Source of the DNA: an uncultured virus (IMG/VR IMGVR_UViG_3300031539_000003)
Taxonomy: Duplodnaviria > Heunggongvirae > Uroviricota > Caudoviricetes
Virus record (IMG/VR): IMGVR_UViG_3300031539_000003
Direction: 5' to 3' (one strand)
DNA length: 64,000 nt
How positions within the stretch are numbered: the first letter of the stretch is position 1; every line of letters starts with the position of its first letter. Below are positions 27,533 through 38,812 of this stretch, in pieces. Both the position numbers and the translations under genes were made by a program. Below the pieces are notes generated by a model that was given only the letters and a program-made list of their open reading frames with translations, was not told the DNA's origin and made no database searches.

Positions 27533-27710
27533 AAAACGTTGTACTACATTTCTCATTTTCTGAACATTTGTAGGACAACGTTTTACCCAACATCTTTCAC
27601 TTTCATTACCATCTGTTAGGTAACATTATTGCCTATCACCCTGCATTTTTTGCCCACCTGTTAGGCAACCTTTTCCCACCAGTATGTATGAAAAAATCAT
27701 ACTTACTGAC
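27533..27710. repeat. Three degenerate palindromic units at 45-bp period plus a fourth hairpin
   Basis: Right arms TGTAGGACAA/TGTTAGGTAA/TGTTAGGCAA at 27569/27614/27659, each with a complementary left arm; then CAGTATGTATG..CATACTTACTG. Confidence 0.7.
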
Positions 27711-27757
27711 TATTTTATACAACTTTTTAAGAAATTATCTACTTTTTGCACTTTTTC

Positions 27758-27786
27758 TTGAGTTTTCTTAAAAAATGTATTATATT
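27758..27786 (+). promoter_or_regulatory. Sigma70-type promoter (class 1 variant)
   Basis: TTGAGT-17-TATATT upstream of the gene at 27828. Confidence 0.6.
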
Positions 27787-28330
27787 AATAAATATAACAA
27801 TTAACTTTTTACCGAAAGGAGTACCGTTTGAAAGAGAAAAAAATAGAAACCATAACACTCGATAACGGAATAAGGGTAACACGAAAAGACAATAAACACT
27901 ACCTATCTTACGAATTTAACGATACCAGCGGCAAGTTCTTTACCATCAAAATAGGTAAATATGAAATCGGGACTGATTTCATAACACCAGAAATGAAACA
28001 AATGGGATTTAGAACCTGTACAGCAGAAGAAATCGAAAGACAACACAGGGGCAGTATCGTGCACCTTTTAAAAATACCCCAAGGCTCAAACCCCATTCCT
28101 GACGCTTTTATTAAGTATGAAGACCTCGTTATGACCTGTATTAGGTCTGCTGGTGCAACATCTTACACCTTTAAAGAAATAGCCTGTAAGACAATGGCTC
28201 ATGAATCTCACATTATTTCAAAAACAGACGACACAAGAATAATAGAAAGTTCCATTAAAATTATTGAAGAACAACTTATAGGGATAAAAGAAGGTTGGGA
28301 ACTAGCTGACAATATTATTTAACCTTTCAG

Positions 28331-28358
28331 TTGACTTTCTTCCCGTTTTTGTTATATT
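28331..28358 (+). promoter_or_regulatory. Sigma70-type promoter (class 1)
   Basis: TTGACT-16-TATATT with TTTGTTATATT. Confidence 0.75.
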
Positions 28359-28385
28359 AAGACATAAACAAAAACGGGATTTTTT

Positions 28386-28748
28386 ATGTCAAATACTCAA
28401 ATATGTGAACATTGTGAGGGCGGAGGTATCGCCCCTAACCCATTTGAATCAACTAATGACCCATGTTTACATTGTAATGGAACTGGGACTATTCCCCCAG
28501 CCTATATCGTTTCCCCTAATGAACAACAGATAGAAAAGCACCCATCAGCAACTATACATATTGAATGCCCACTCTGCAATACTCTCCACCCACATATACC
28601 TGATGCTATAGGAGAACAACATAAATGTGAACTTTCCAAAAAAGATTATTATATATCAGGTAAATTACCAAAAATTGTTACATTGGAAAAATCAGAAGGG
28701 GTTCATTCTAATAAAGAAATAGCAATAAAACGACTAGACCATATATAA
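28386..28748 (+). CDS. Zn-finger protein (CxxCxGxG x2 plus CPxC..H) ending in KRLDHI
   Basis: CEHCEGGG, CLHCNGTG, ECPLCNTLH. Confidence 0.6.
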   Translation: MSNTQICEHCEGGGIAPNPFESTNDPCLHCNGTGTIPPAYIVSPNEQQIEKHPSATIHIECPLCNTLHPHIPDAIGEQHKCELSKKDYYISGKLPKIVTLEKSEGVHSNKEIAIKRLDHI

Positions 28749-29185
28749 GGAGGCATTATGCCAACAATCACAGAAATATTTATCGCATGCATCAAATCTA
28801 TGTTATCAGAAGACGAATACCTAATTAAAGCTTTAATCACTCAAAAATCTATGGAGATTGAAGAAGAAGAACTCATCAATATGATGAATGAATTTAACAA
28901 ACTCATACAAAACGATGAACCAGAACATTTAAAAGAATCCATTAATAGGGATGACAACATCGGTTTATTGTCATTCTATTTCTTTTCTTATTTAGGCTAT
29001 AAGTGTGAACGAGAGCTTAATAAAATAAATATAAATAATAACGAAGTGTATAAGTGGACAGACTCATACAGACACCCAGAACCAAACGAAATAATAATAA
29101 AATTCTTTGAACAATTTTACCCAGAAAAAATTATAAACTCAAAAGCACTCTTAAAATTCATGGACAAAAAACCAAAAGAGAAGAA

Positions 29186-29722
29186 ATGAACGCAGATAAA
29201 GAACATCCACGCTTCGACCTTTGCTCTCATTGCGATGGAAAAGGGCATATAAAGCAGACTAAAGGTAAGAATAAAATCCGCTTCTTGTGCAATGGTTATG
29301 GTCGTATCTCACACGTATTTGCTAAAAGATGAAATCGTAAAGATACCGTTAAATGTCCATTTTGTGGTAATGAACATATGCACTCAACCGGACGAGGTGA
29401 GCGAAAAGCAGATTGCGGCAGGGGTAATTATAATATCGTAAAATACAAAGGAGATAACGAAGTAGATATTCAACACGAATGGATCGAAGGGAACATACCT
29501 AAATTACTAGCAGAACCAGTCGATATAAGACATATGCGAATTATATGTCCGACCTGTGATACAGTAAACATACATGCAAAAGATCTAGGCACATTCGATC
29601 TACACTGCGGTCACGGAAAATGCACAGTCATAGGATTTCAAGAAGCAACCGAAGAAGAAATTAAAAATAGATTTATATCCGTTGCTACCCGTGCAATGAA
29701 AAGACTGGACAACATACAATAA
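29186..29722 (+). pseudogene. Paralog of 28386-28748 with an in-frame TGA at 29330-29332
   Basis: ATG 29186 overlaps the previous stop and is in frame with the 29378 ORF: CSHCDGKG...RFLCNGYG...KR*NRKDTVKCPFCGNEHMH...KRLDNIQ. Confidence 0.65.
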
Positions 29723-29723
29723 G

Positions 29724-30008
29724 TCACTTTTTTGCTTCACGCTTATCATCATCCCCCCATTTTTTCCAATTCCTAATATTAATAAAAACAAATATCACCT
29801 GTCTAAAAAATACCCCCCATAATATAGGAGTGCCATAAAAAACAACTGCCATTACCCCAAAATTAACGCCAAGAAAAATAGGGAAACACCACCTATTCTT
29901 ATCTCCCATCATAATCAGTGCTGGTATTGTAATAACTGCAAGACAAAAATCAATTATCTGCAATAGTTTCAAGTCAAGAAAGAAATTACCTATTTGAGTT
30001 AATTCCAC
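29724..30008 (-). CDS. Small 3-TM membrane protein, PnuC-like half module
   Basis: Three hydrophobic segments, KNRWCFPI and INIRNWKKW pattern. Confidence 0.45.
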   Translation of the reverse strand: MELTQIGNFFLDLKLLQIIDFCLAVITIPALIMMGDKNRWCFPIFLGVNFGVMAVVFYGTPILWGVFFRQVIFVFINIRNWKKWGDDDKREAKK

Positions 30009-31574
30009 TATATTCTCCTATTTCTTTTTATTTTTATTTTTATTTTTCTTTTTCTTTGGTGGCTTATTCTCCAATTCTCTCTCCTTCTTCAAATCATCTA
30101 ACGAATAACGTTTAGTTCCACCCTTAGGCAATGGTCTATCCCCATAAGTAGAATCAAACCAATTCCGATAGTTGTCAGTAGCCGGTTTAGTCCTTATATT
30201 ACTCATTGCATAGCTCCTGTTCATAACCAGGGACTAACTCATAACTCAAATTATTCCCTAATCCTACATGTGTCATAATATCTATCAAATAGGCTCTCAT
30301 TGGATAATCAAACCCACGTCTATTACATAACCACTCAAAATCTTCTACCTTTACCTGATCACCTACCTGTATCCACATACTTATTTCCTGCCACATCAAA
30401 TGCGTCCACTTAAAATTCTTATCATTTGCTACTGACTCATCTAACTTTCTCTGATTGTCATCCACATCTGCACTCCATTTATTGAATGCCTTCTTTATTC
30501 TACCCCTTCGCAGAAACTCCTTTATCGTTGGAGGCAACAATATACGAAAATCAAACGTATCGAAAACAAAACTTAATAATTTAACCAATTCCATATTATA
30601 TAGCTTCTAACCGTTCTTTTATCTGCCCTCTACGAGGTGTTCCAACTACTGCCCTCCTCGGCGGTCCTCCAGATACAATATCACCAGCCCATGATCTCTT
30701 ACATCTCGGACATACAAACGATACACCAACGGTTATATTATCAGATGTTTCCGGTTCACGGGTAGCACAAGTACATGCATGAAACATAGCCGTAGAATGA
30801 TTACAAAAAATTCTCCAGAATAGAGTAATTAAAAATCTCTTTAACGTAAAATTATATCCCCATACACTAATCATCTTTTGTCTCATCTCTATGCTTCGCC
30901 ATTTCACCACTAACAACTTTAGCCCGACCAAGCGAACCTTTCAGATTTTCTATCAACCATTTTATAGGTGACTTCGAAGCCTGTAGTCTTATAAGTGCAG
31001 CCTCAAGATTCCCACATACACCAACTGATTTTGCATGTATAAGATTTCTTCTGAGATATTCTGCACTTACTATTTTGGCTTCATCTTCACGATTATGCTT
31101 ACTATATTGATTACTACCATCCAATAAGCTTTGAAACATATCTCTCATTTTAATAAGCCATTCTTCGGGCATATCCTTATACGTAGACCCACACTCACAT
31201 GGATTTTCTAAACATTTTCCACAATCTGACATAGCCATTACAACTTCTCCAATTTCCCGATAAATTAATGGTTTTAAGCCCCTATTTCGTCACTTCTCCA
31301 TGTAAGGCACACCATAGTACCACTGAACCATTTATGAGCCCTATAAATCGTTTCAATAATAATGATACACGGCTTACAATTTCATTACCTATGAAACACT
31401 ATTTATCGACAGCAACACTCACCTTTATCTGTCTTTTATAAATTCTGGTTTTAACTTTTTTATTCTCCCCATCAGTTAAAAAACCGTGAATCTGAAGATA
31501 TGCCCGACTTTTTGATGCACGATCAAGAATTGTTATTTCCCTTGATTTGCCCATTAATTTTTCATCCTTTCTAC

Positions 31575-32345
31575 TCATAAATCAAATATCCCATCAACTG
31601 CCTGTTCAGCTATTTCACAATACTCCCTTGATATATCAATCCCTATAAATTTTCTCTGATTCAACTTTGCAACTCTACAAGTAGTCCCACTACCAACAAA
31701 AGGATCTAATACTATATCACCATCTTTACTCCAAGAAATAATATGATCTCGCACCAACTGTTCCGGAAAAACTGCAGGATGATTCTTTTTACCGCCACCA
31801 ACACCATACGTCCAAATATTTTTTCTTCTCCCAAATGTTGCCATCATCTTTCTAACCCGATCTGCCTTTGTACCATCAGCAGATAAACCGGTAACAGCCA
31901 TACTTTCGACACCACTACGAACATTTTTTCTGTCCCTTATTAAATTTATCGTCTTTGGCTTTCCTTTACTAAAAACAAACATATATTCAAATGATTGAAG
32001 GTAACAATCATTACTCCCAAAACATGCTTGCGCTTTTTCGTAAATCATAGTATCATGTAAGTTAAAGCCTATTTGCATGAAATGTAATGCTTGCCTAAAA
32101 CTTGTCCCTGTTTCGCTACCCTTAATAGTCTCATCCATAACCACCCATACTACAACGCCACCAGGCTTAGTGACCCTATACAATTGACCTGCAAGATACT
32201 TAAAATCAAAAGTATATCCATCGTAAGTTCTTAAATTATCGTATGGGGGACTAGTCACCGTCAAATCAACCAACTCTTTCGGTAAACTAGGTAAAACATC
32301 AGCATTATCGCCACATATAATCTTATTTATATATTCCTGCATCAT
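31575..32345 (-). CDS. Beta-class N4-cytosine/N6-adenine DNA methyltransferase (orphan)
   Basis: VTSPPY catalytic motif precedes HPAVFP and the VLDPFVGSGTT SAM-binding motif. Confidence 0.92.
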   Translation of the reverse strand: MMQEYINKIICGDNADVLPSLPKELVDLTVTSPPYDNLRTYDGYTFDFKYLAGQLYRVTKPGGVVVWVVMDETIKGSETGTSFRQALHFMQIGFNLHDTMIYEKAQACFGSNDCYLQSFEYMFVFSKGKPKTINLIRDRKNVRSGVESMAVTGLSADGTKADRVRKMMATFGRRKNIWTYGVGGGKKNHPAVFPEQLVRDHIISWSKDGDIVLDPFVGSGTTCRVAKLNQRKFIGIDISREYCEIAEQAVDGIFDL

Positions 32346-34170
32346 TCTTCAATAATAACCTTTAAATCATAAATGCCACCATCTAACCGATACTGCCCAT
32401 AATTACTATCATACCTATCTATTAAATCATACCACTCATCTGAGTGATCTTTAGCTTTATCAATATCCATACTAATCTTTTCATATTCTTCAACAAGTTC
32501 TTCCGGTATCACATACCAATGAGATGAATCGTCTTGTCTCAATTTACCTAATCGCAATTTTACCTCCTATTGCCTGTTCAAATTCTTCTTGCTTTTCATT
32601 AATTATTTCCGGCCAAATCTCCAATTCAGCAGCAAACACATCTTCAGGAATTAAATAATTAATACTCACCACTCTATATGCAGCCCAATGATCAAAATGA
32701 TTAAGAGAAAGAATGATTGCATCGTCTTTAACAATACCCTTCCCACATCCTCTACACCTAAATTTCCATGAGTGAGATGGGTTTAATACCATTAATTTAT
32801 GATACCAATTACATTTCTCTTTTCTATAATCATGAATGTTCATTTTTTTTCTTCTCCACGTAATCTTTGCAATCAGCCCACGGATCAGATGCACAATCTT
32901 CCGGTTCACCAGATCCTCCCCAATGAAATTTTGCACAATAATCATAATCGTATGGATCATCACCACCTTCTGCCACACTCATAAATGAACCAGGAAAATG
33001 ATGCAACATATTATCGCATGTATCACATTTCATCTTACGTGGCTCACTCATTCGAAAAAATCTCCTATAAAATCGCCATTTCTATATTGTGATTTATTAA
33101 ACCAACCAAGATCCCCAAATCTATCTCTAATAGCCACAGAATGGGCTGTAATTTCACCCACATCACAAACTTCATCTTTATAAAACTGAATAGCATGTTC
33201 AATCAACTCGGGGACATCCCTATATGCTATCACAGTATCACCAACATCAATATTACCCCAATCCCTATAACTAGCTCTTCGCCTTGAGTTTGCTATTTCT
33301 CTTCGAGATGTCCAATTTCCCAGTCTTAAAGTTTGGACGAATAACATAATTGCGTCCTTTAGCAATTATTCCTCCTTTAGGAAACATTTTCTTTAATGTC
33401 AATTCCCTACATTCTATTATTACATCATCTACTGTTTTACAATGACTATACAATTTTACATACCTCTTTTTCAAAAACTAAAAAAGTATCAAGAATCATA
33501 TCCGGTTGTTGCTCAGAGGATAACATATACTTTGATAAATAATTCTCTATCCACCATTTAGCTGCATCTTTACTTTTATGAGAAAGAATATTAATCGCAA
33601 TCACAGCCTTAACTCTATATCCATCAATAGCCTTACTGATCTGTTTCTCAGTAACAACTCCACGCTGAAAGTATGATTCTCCAGGGACAACAGACAATTC
33701 AACTCCGATCCATTGTTCTCTAACCCAAAGAGGGGCTTCCCCGTCAGGGGTACTTATTATCTTAATTTGCACTTCTCGCCTTGCCTTTCTATACTCTTCA
33801 ATCTTTCTTTCGCCGTATTCCTTTTTCTTTTCTTAACCTTCGTTTTTCTTTCCCCTCTATGGATACCCATACTATCACTAACAATACGGACATCCCCAAT
33901 ATCATCTCCATATTTAACTTCAACCCAATCAACCCCAATCTGCTCCCTTAACCATTCTACAAATGCCCTTCTTTTCCATTCATAAACTTTAGATTCTGGA
34001 TCCTGCTCTTTATATCCATCTGGATATATAAAAAAACTAACATATCTATTTGCTACAGTAGGTGATACGTCTGGTAACCAGCCAAATATCTCCTCAGCTT
34101 TATAAAGAACAGCAGGAAGATAACTTGAAATAGCAGTTACAACTATCGCATAATGCACTGTATGCCCCAC

Positions 34171-34455
34171 CTATGCTACTTCTTCTTTTTTTTCTTCTTC
34201 ATAGAGCAATTTCTCATCAGTACCGATATACTTTATATAAGCCCCGCTATTAACGAAAATAGCCAAAGGTTTTGTTACTCCATACTGTGGGAAATCAACC
34301 TCAAAAAGAGCTTGTTCAGGACTATACTGTATAATCCCATTAACTTCATGATTAAAAAAATCACAATCAGCAACAGTAGTAATAATATCACCCTCACGTA
34401 AAATCCTACCATCATCATCTTTAACACCAATAACATCTCTCTCAAACATTCGCAT
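34171..34455 (-). CDS. YopX-like protein
   Basis: GVKDDDGRILREGDII resembles the YopX GLKDKNGKEIYEGDI signature. Confidence 0.55.
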   Translation of the reverse strand: MRMFERDVIGVKDDDGRILREGDIITTVADCDFFNHEVNGIIQYSPEQALFEVDFPQYGVTKPLAIFVNSGAYIKYIGTDEKLLYEEEKKEEVA

Positions 34456-34987
34456 TACTTTCCTCCCACTTATTTAAAAAATTAACAGTCTTACTAACTG
34501 CCTTATTTGTTTCTATGACTTCCTTTGTTTTTTCCCTATTTTTTGTCAACTTATCAACAGCAATCAACACATCCTTAATGCTTTTGCACCAACTCCCTTT
34601 ATGTAACCAATGGCCATCATTAAAAACAAATAAAGAATCATCATCATTAATCAATTCAATATACATATGAACTTTATCTTCATAATTATCATCAACGTAA
34701 AACTTAATATTCTTATACTCAAGGCAATTACAACTATCAATACTCTTCCGTAACAGTTCGCAATAATTACGATATTTATTAACCACTTGCTTTAGAAATC
34801 CTACGTAATGCTCTATTTCATTCCCATAATGATCTGTGGGCGGGAAATTCGGAACAGTACTTTTACATTCTTTATAAAGCAACATGGCGTAATGCTTCCA
34901 TCTAAACATCGATACCCCATAAACTAATCACATCTGTTTCGGAAAAGAAATTACCTTATCCAACTTTGGATTAATGCTACCTTTAAA

Positions 34988-35470
34988 TTATCCCCTTCTT
35001 ATCTCATTCTCCATCATCTTAACAGTATTCTTAAATATACTGACTAGTTGTTCGGATATCCCAAACCTCTCTGCACTAACCTCAATGCTTTTATATATAT
35101 CACCATTTTTTTCATGATCTATAGCAGCAGCCATCCAATCAGAAAACATCTCATTAACATCGACAAGATTCATCCCACTTATTCCATTTTCAAAAAATTC
35201 TGGGTGATGGCGATTAACTTTACGGTGGTGGTCAACTGCCGGAGCCATTTTATTTGAATTCTCATCATACTCCTTCGTTCCATAAGCAGGTCTTTCTTTT
35301 TTGGGAGGCATCTTTTCAAATATCTCTATTTCAGGACTCTCAAATTTAGACCTGTCATGCGCTAATGCTCTTTTAGATAATTCACTCTTAATCTTAAAGA
35401 TAAATTTCATAACATTGGTAATATGCTCAACAGTTTCTCTTTTAAAACCTTTTAAGTCTTCATTCTTCAT
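34988..35470 (-). CDS. DUF5662-like HD-type metal-binding protein
   Basis: HDRSKF...HHRKVNRHHPEFF...MNLVDVNEMFSDWMAA. Confidence 0.7.
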   Translation of the reverse strand: MKNEDLKGFKRETVEHITNVMKFIFKIKSELSKRALAHDRSKFESPEIEIFEKMPPKKERPAYGTKEYDENSNKMAPAVDHHRKVNRHHPEFFENGISGMNLVDVNEMFSDWMAAAIDHEKNGDIYKSIEVSAERFGISEQLVSIFKNTVKMMENEIRRG

Positions 35471-36813
35471 TATTACCTCACTTAAATAGTACTTTTCAAA
35501 TCTTCAACTTCACTAGCAATAACTTCAGAAATTGACGTAATCATAATTCTTAAAAAATGAGAAGGATTACCTAATGCTTTTTCAAAAGACTTATCATAAT
35601 CCGATCTACCTAATCTTTCTAAACATTTCGACAATATAGCATCGTTAATTTCCGTTGATCTATCAATTTTGTCAGCTATTACACCTCCAGCTAACTCAAT
35701 TCTTTTTGATGCATATTTATTTGTATCCATAAAAAACCTTTTTCTCATATGATCTAATAACTTTTTATCTTCAAAAGCAGTTTCGGCAGCATCACGAATA
35801 AAACATTCAGAATCATCTGGCGGGATTTCTTCACTCGGCAAACTACACTCACCATCATGATATTCATATTTACATCTGGGATAACACATCGCCCAATGTC
35901 TTTTTAATTAAAATAAGAGGAGCCTCAAATAGACTGACAAAACGTGGGTGATCAACTTGCAAAAAACCACTTGCTGTCACAAATAACCCATGCGAAAATG
36001 ACAATTTAACTTGAGAACTATCCCCACTTTTAACTAATACTGCACTCAATTCATTATTCATATTTGCCATATGATATTCAGTCTTATCACCAGAGCGTGA
36101 CATTACCGTATATCCACGTTCTTCCATTAAAATTAATGCAGATTCAATATCCATTATTTACCATGCTCCGGACATACGGCTATAGGTTTATTATCTATAA
36201 TTAACATATCTGTTTTTTCTCTCCCACAATCTGAACACCTATTATGACCATCAACTACAATATCCTTAAAAGTATTTTCTACTGCCATCAATAATATATC
36301 TCTTGCTTTTTCGGGAGATATTTCAGTACATTGCCCCACATGATGTCCACCCATAGGATTATAGTCACCCGTAAGCTCGCTCCCTATTTCCCACTTCTCA
36401 CCAAAATCTTTGCAGTTAGGTAATAAAAATTTAGTCAAAGTAGCATCTTCAGGAACTGCATAACAATGGGCTAATATAAACTGCCCTTCTATACATTCTT
36501 CCCCATCGTATATCTCAATATCATCCGGCATTCTTATAAGTCGATAATTCACAAAACTACCATGCATTTCTTGAAGATAATATTTCATCACTTACTCCAT
36601 TATTTTATTGGAAACTCCATGTCCACAACAAACACTATCCTTCCCTGGCACATATCCAATACAAGCATCATATCCTTCGACAGTAGGAAATCTACCACAT
36701 CTATTACATACCCTACTATCATCAAAAACAGAACCATCATCATCGTAATACCATTTTCTCTTTTTCTCATCCCAAACTATGAGATGACCTCTAACATATG
36801 CTCCAGCAGCCAA

Positions 36814-37188
36814 TTATTCATCTCCATTTGGGCACTTACACTTAACTCGATAAACACCGAACTTATTCTTCTTATATTTAACCTCGCAACCACGGTCTTC
36901 GAGTTCTCTAATAATACTTAAACTATCAACATATTTTATTTCCCAACAACCACAGAGAAATAAAATAAAGAGGAATAACAACGAATACTTCACTCTTCCT
37001 CCTTGTTACTTTTTTTTATCTTTTGGCATCCTATATTTTACACGGTATACACCAAAATCGGTATGAGTAACTTTAACCTCATAACCTTGTCTTCTTAACT
37101 CATCAATAAATAAATCGCTTTCAGTGTATCTTATTTGCCAACATTGACAAAATAACAACACAAATAATAACACAAAATACCTCATCAC
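36814..37188 (-). CDS. Tandem pair of small putative lipoproteins (36814-36993, not in ORF track, and 37006-37188)
   Basis: MKYSLLFLFILFLCGCWEIKY...FGVYRVK and MMRYFVLLFVLLFCQCWQIRY...FGVYRVK. Confidence 0.6.
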
Positions 37189-38195
37189 CCCTCCATAACA
37201 ATAGTATCAGGAATGGGTCGTCTGACGGACTCAAAACTGATACCTTTTTTTAATGCCATAATCATACCAGTTGCCTCAAGATAATTCTCTGCTATCAGAA
37301 ATTCATCCGGCATTAGATCATTTAACACTGTTTTATTTTCCCTTACTGCAATTACAGGTATCTTGTTCTGTAAACACGCCTTGTGCGGCCTGCCCATACA
37401 ATTGTATGGTGTAACCATACAAAGAACATTATCTACCGTAACATCATTGCCAATTTGAGGAGCTTTATGAAGCCCCTTAATGATACAATGCAAATAACAC
37501 GTTGAAATTGCTTCTGGGGCAATTCTCGGATCAACTATCTCATTCAATGGTAACATAAATAACTCATTATCATTTTCAACCATAGAAAATTCAACCGGAG
37601 CATGTGCTACCGGTTTATCTAAAGCATCTGCTATGAGTTTTGATGCTATTGCTTCAACACCACCCCAAGGATTCACACCACCTTCACGATAATATCTCAA
37701 AGATATATCTCTACCAACTTTTATCTCAGATGCTATTCCTAGCGCATCAAAATCATACATCTTAACTTGCTTTACAAGTTCCTGCCATCCACTAACATCC
37801 CCTGTGGCAATCCCATTCTCTATTCTCCCTGTCATTTTTAATGGTGTTTTCAATGTTACCACCATTATATCTGCCCCGACAGTCACGCGTGCAGCAGATA
37901 TAGCATTGATCGTCTCTTTATGAATAGGGGCATTGACAACAAACAATATTTTATTTCCACATACTTTTTCAAGCCCTATTTTATTTTCTAAAAACCTGTC
38001 AAGCATACTCCCTTCAACATAAAGAGTATTATGGGACATTTCATTTATATCACTAGCATTTACTACATTCGGATGCGTTATAAAATTTTCACAGGTACTT
38101 GCTACTAACTTTGCTACAGGATTTGCATCCCCCGCATGTCCACCTATTTCTGCCCCGATCCCAGTGGGAACTATAAAAACAACTGAATTTTTCAT
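37185..38195 (-). CDS. DUF3326 family protein
   Basis: IVPTGIGAEIGGHAGDA, ITHPNVVNA, LYVEGSMLDRF, GGVEAI, HAP, GLHKAP, IAVREN, NYLEATG. Confidence 0.85.
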   Translation of the reverse strand: MKNSVVFIVPTGIGAEIGGHAGDANPVAKLVASTCENFITHPNVVNASDINEMSHNTLYVEGSMLDRFLENKIGLEKVCGNKILFVVNAPIHKETINAISAARVTVGADIMVVTLKTPLKMTGRIENGIATGDVSGWQELVKQVKMYDFDALGIASEIKVGRDISLRYYREGGVNPWGGVEAIASKLIADALDKPVAHAPVEFSMVENDNELFMLPLNEIVDPRIAPEAISTCYLHCIIKGLHKAPQIGNDVTVDNVLCMVTPYNCMGRPHKACLQNKIPVIAVRENKTVLNDLMPDEFLIAENYLEATGMIMALKKGISFESVRRPIPDTIVMEG

Positions 38196-38202
38196 TTTCT
38201 TC

Positions 38203-38287
38203 TCCTATATTGATTAGTTTATGGTATCTGTTAATTATTAATTAAAAACAGATACCATAATAAAAATCAATATAGGATGCCCAATTA
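38203..38287 (-). promoter_or_regulatory. Long hairpin leader occluding the RBS of the DUF3326 gene
   Basis: Two perfect 13-bp inverted pairs: 38203-38215/38265-38277 and 38220-38232/38247-38259. Confidence 0.7.
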
Positions 38288-38320
38288 CGCTCCCTTTCTA
38301 CCCAAATATTTTCCTGATAA

Positions 38321-38812
38321 TCATCCATTTTTATTTGTATTTGTATTTCTTAATAAATATTCAAAGAAATCTTGACCCCAGGCAAATATCTTATCTTTAT
38401 CTTCCACTACACTTAAAGCAACTTCCTTAAATTCACAATAAGCTGCTAATGATTCGGGAACAATATCAACCCAAACATCGCCTACAACGCAATCAATATT
38501 ATTTACATCAGCGGGACATAATTCAAAAAAATCACCGATAGAGTGTGAGCCATATATTTCTCCAAAATGTTCCCTGCAAACATCTATTACCCCTTGATAA
38601 AGTTCTATAGTATGTACCGATTTTACTTTTGGATTCTGCTCAAGATACTTCTGTATTACTCCCAACCCATAACCGGCAACAAGCACATTCCCACAGGCTT
38701 GATCTGCAATAACTTTTTGATACTTACTCTCATCTGGGATGTCCCACATCCATAACTGATCATCTATCCATAAAAAATGATAACCATGTTGCTCAAGAAT
38801 TTCTATTTTCAT
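38321..38812 (-). CDS. Class I SAM-dependent methyltransferase fold, short spermidine-synthase-like protein
   Basis: GNVLVAGYGLGVI, VHTIE, GDFF, DCVVGDVW. Confidence 0.7.
   Translation of the reverse strand: MKIEILEQHGYHFLWIDDQLWMWDIPDESKYQKVIADQACGNVLVAGYGLGVIQKYLEQNPKVKSVHTIELYQGVIDVCREHFGEIYGSHSIGDFFELCPADVNNIDCVVGDVWVDIVPESLAAYCEFKEVALSVVEDKDKIFAWGQDFFEYLLRNTNTNKNG

Noticed and set aside
27583..27668. Integron attC sites (ACCCAAC...GTTAGGT, GTTAGGC match RYYYAAC/GTTRRRY)
   Set aside because: Units are only about 37 bp, lack L boxes, have no cassette ORFs between them, and no integrase is present.
2485..29332. Stop-codon reassignment (in-frame TAG at 2485, TGA at 29330)
   Set aside because: Conserved genes are full length in code 11 and end in TAG (groES) or TGA (MTase, DUF3326); the isolated stops fit decay better.
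26500..29722. Replication origin at the coding-strand switch
   Set aside because: By eye the plus strand stays C-rich over G through the island, so no skew inversion is evident; this was not computed.
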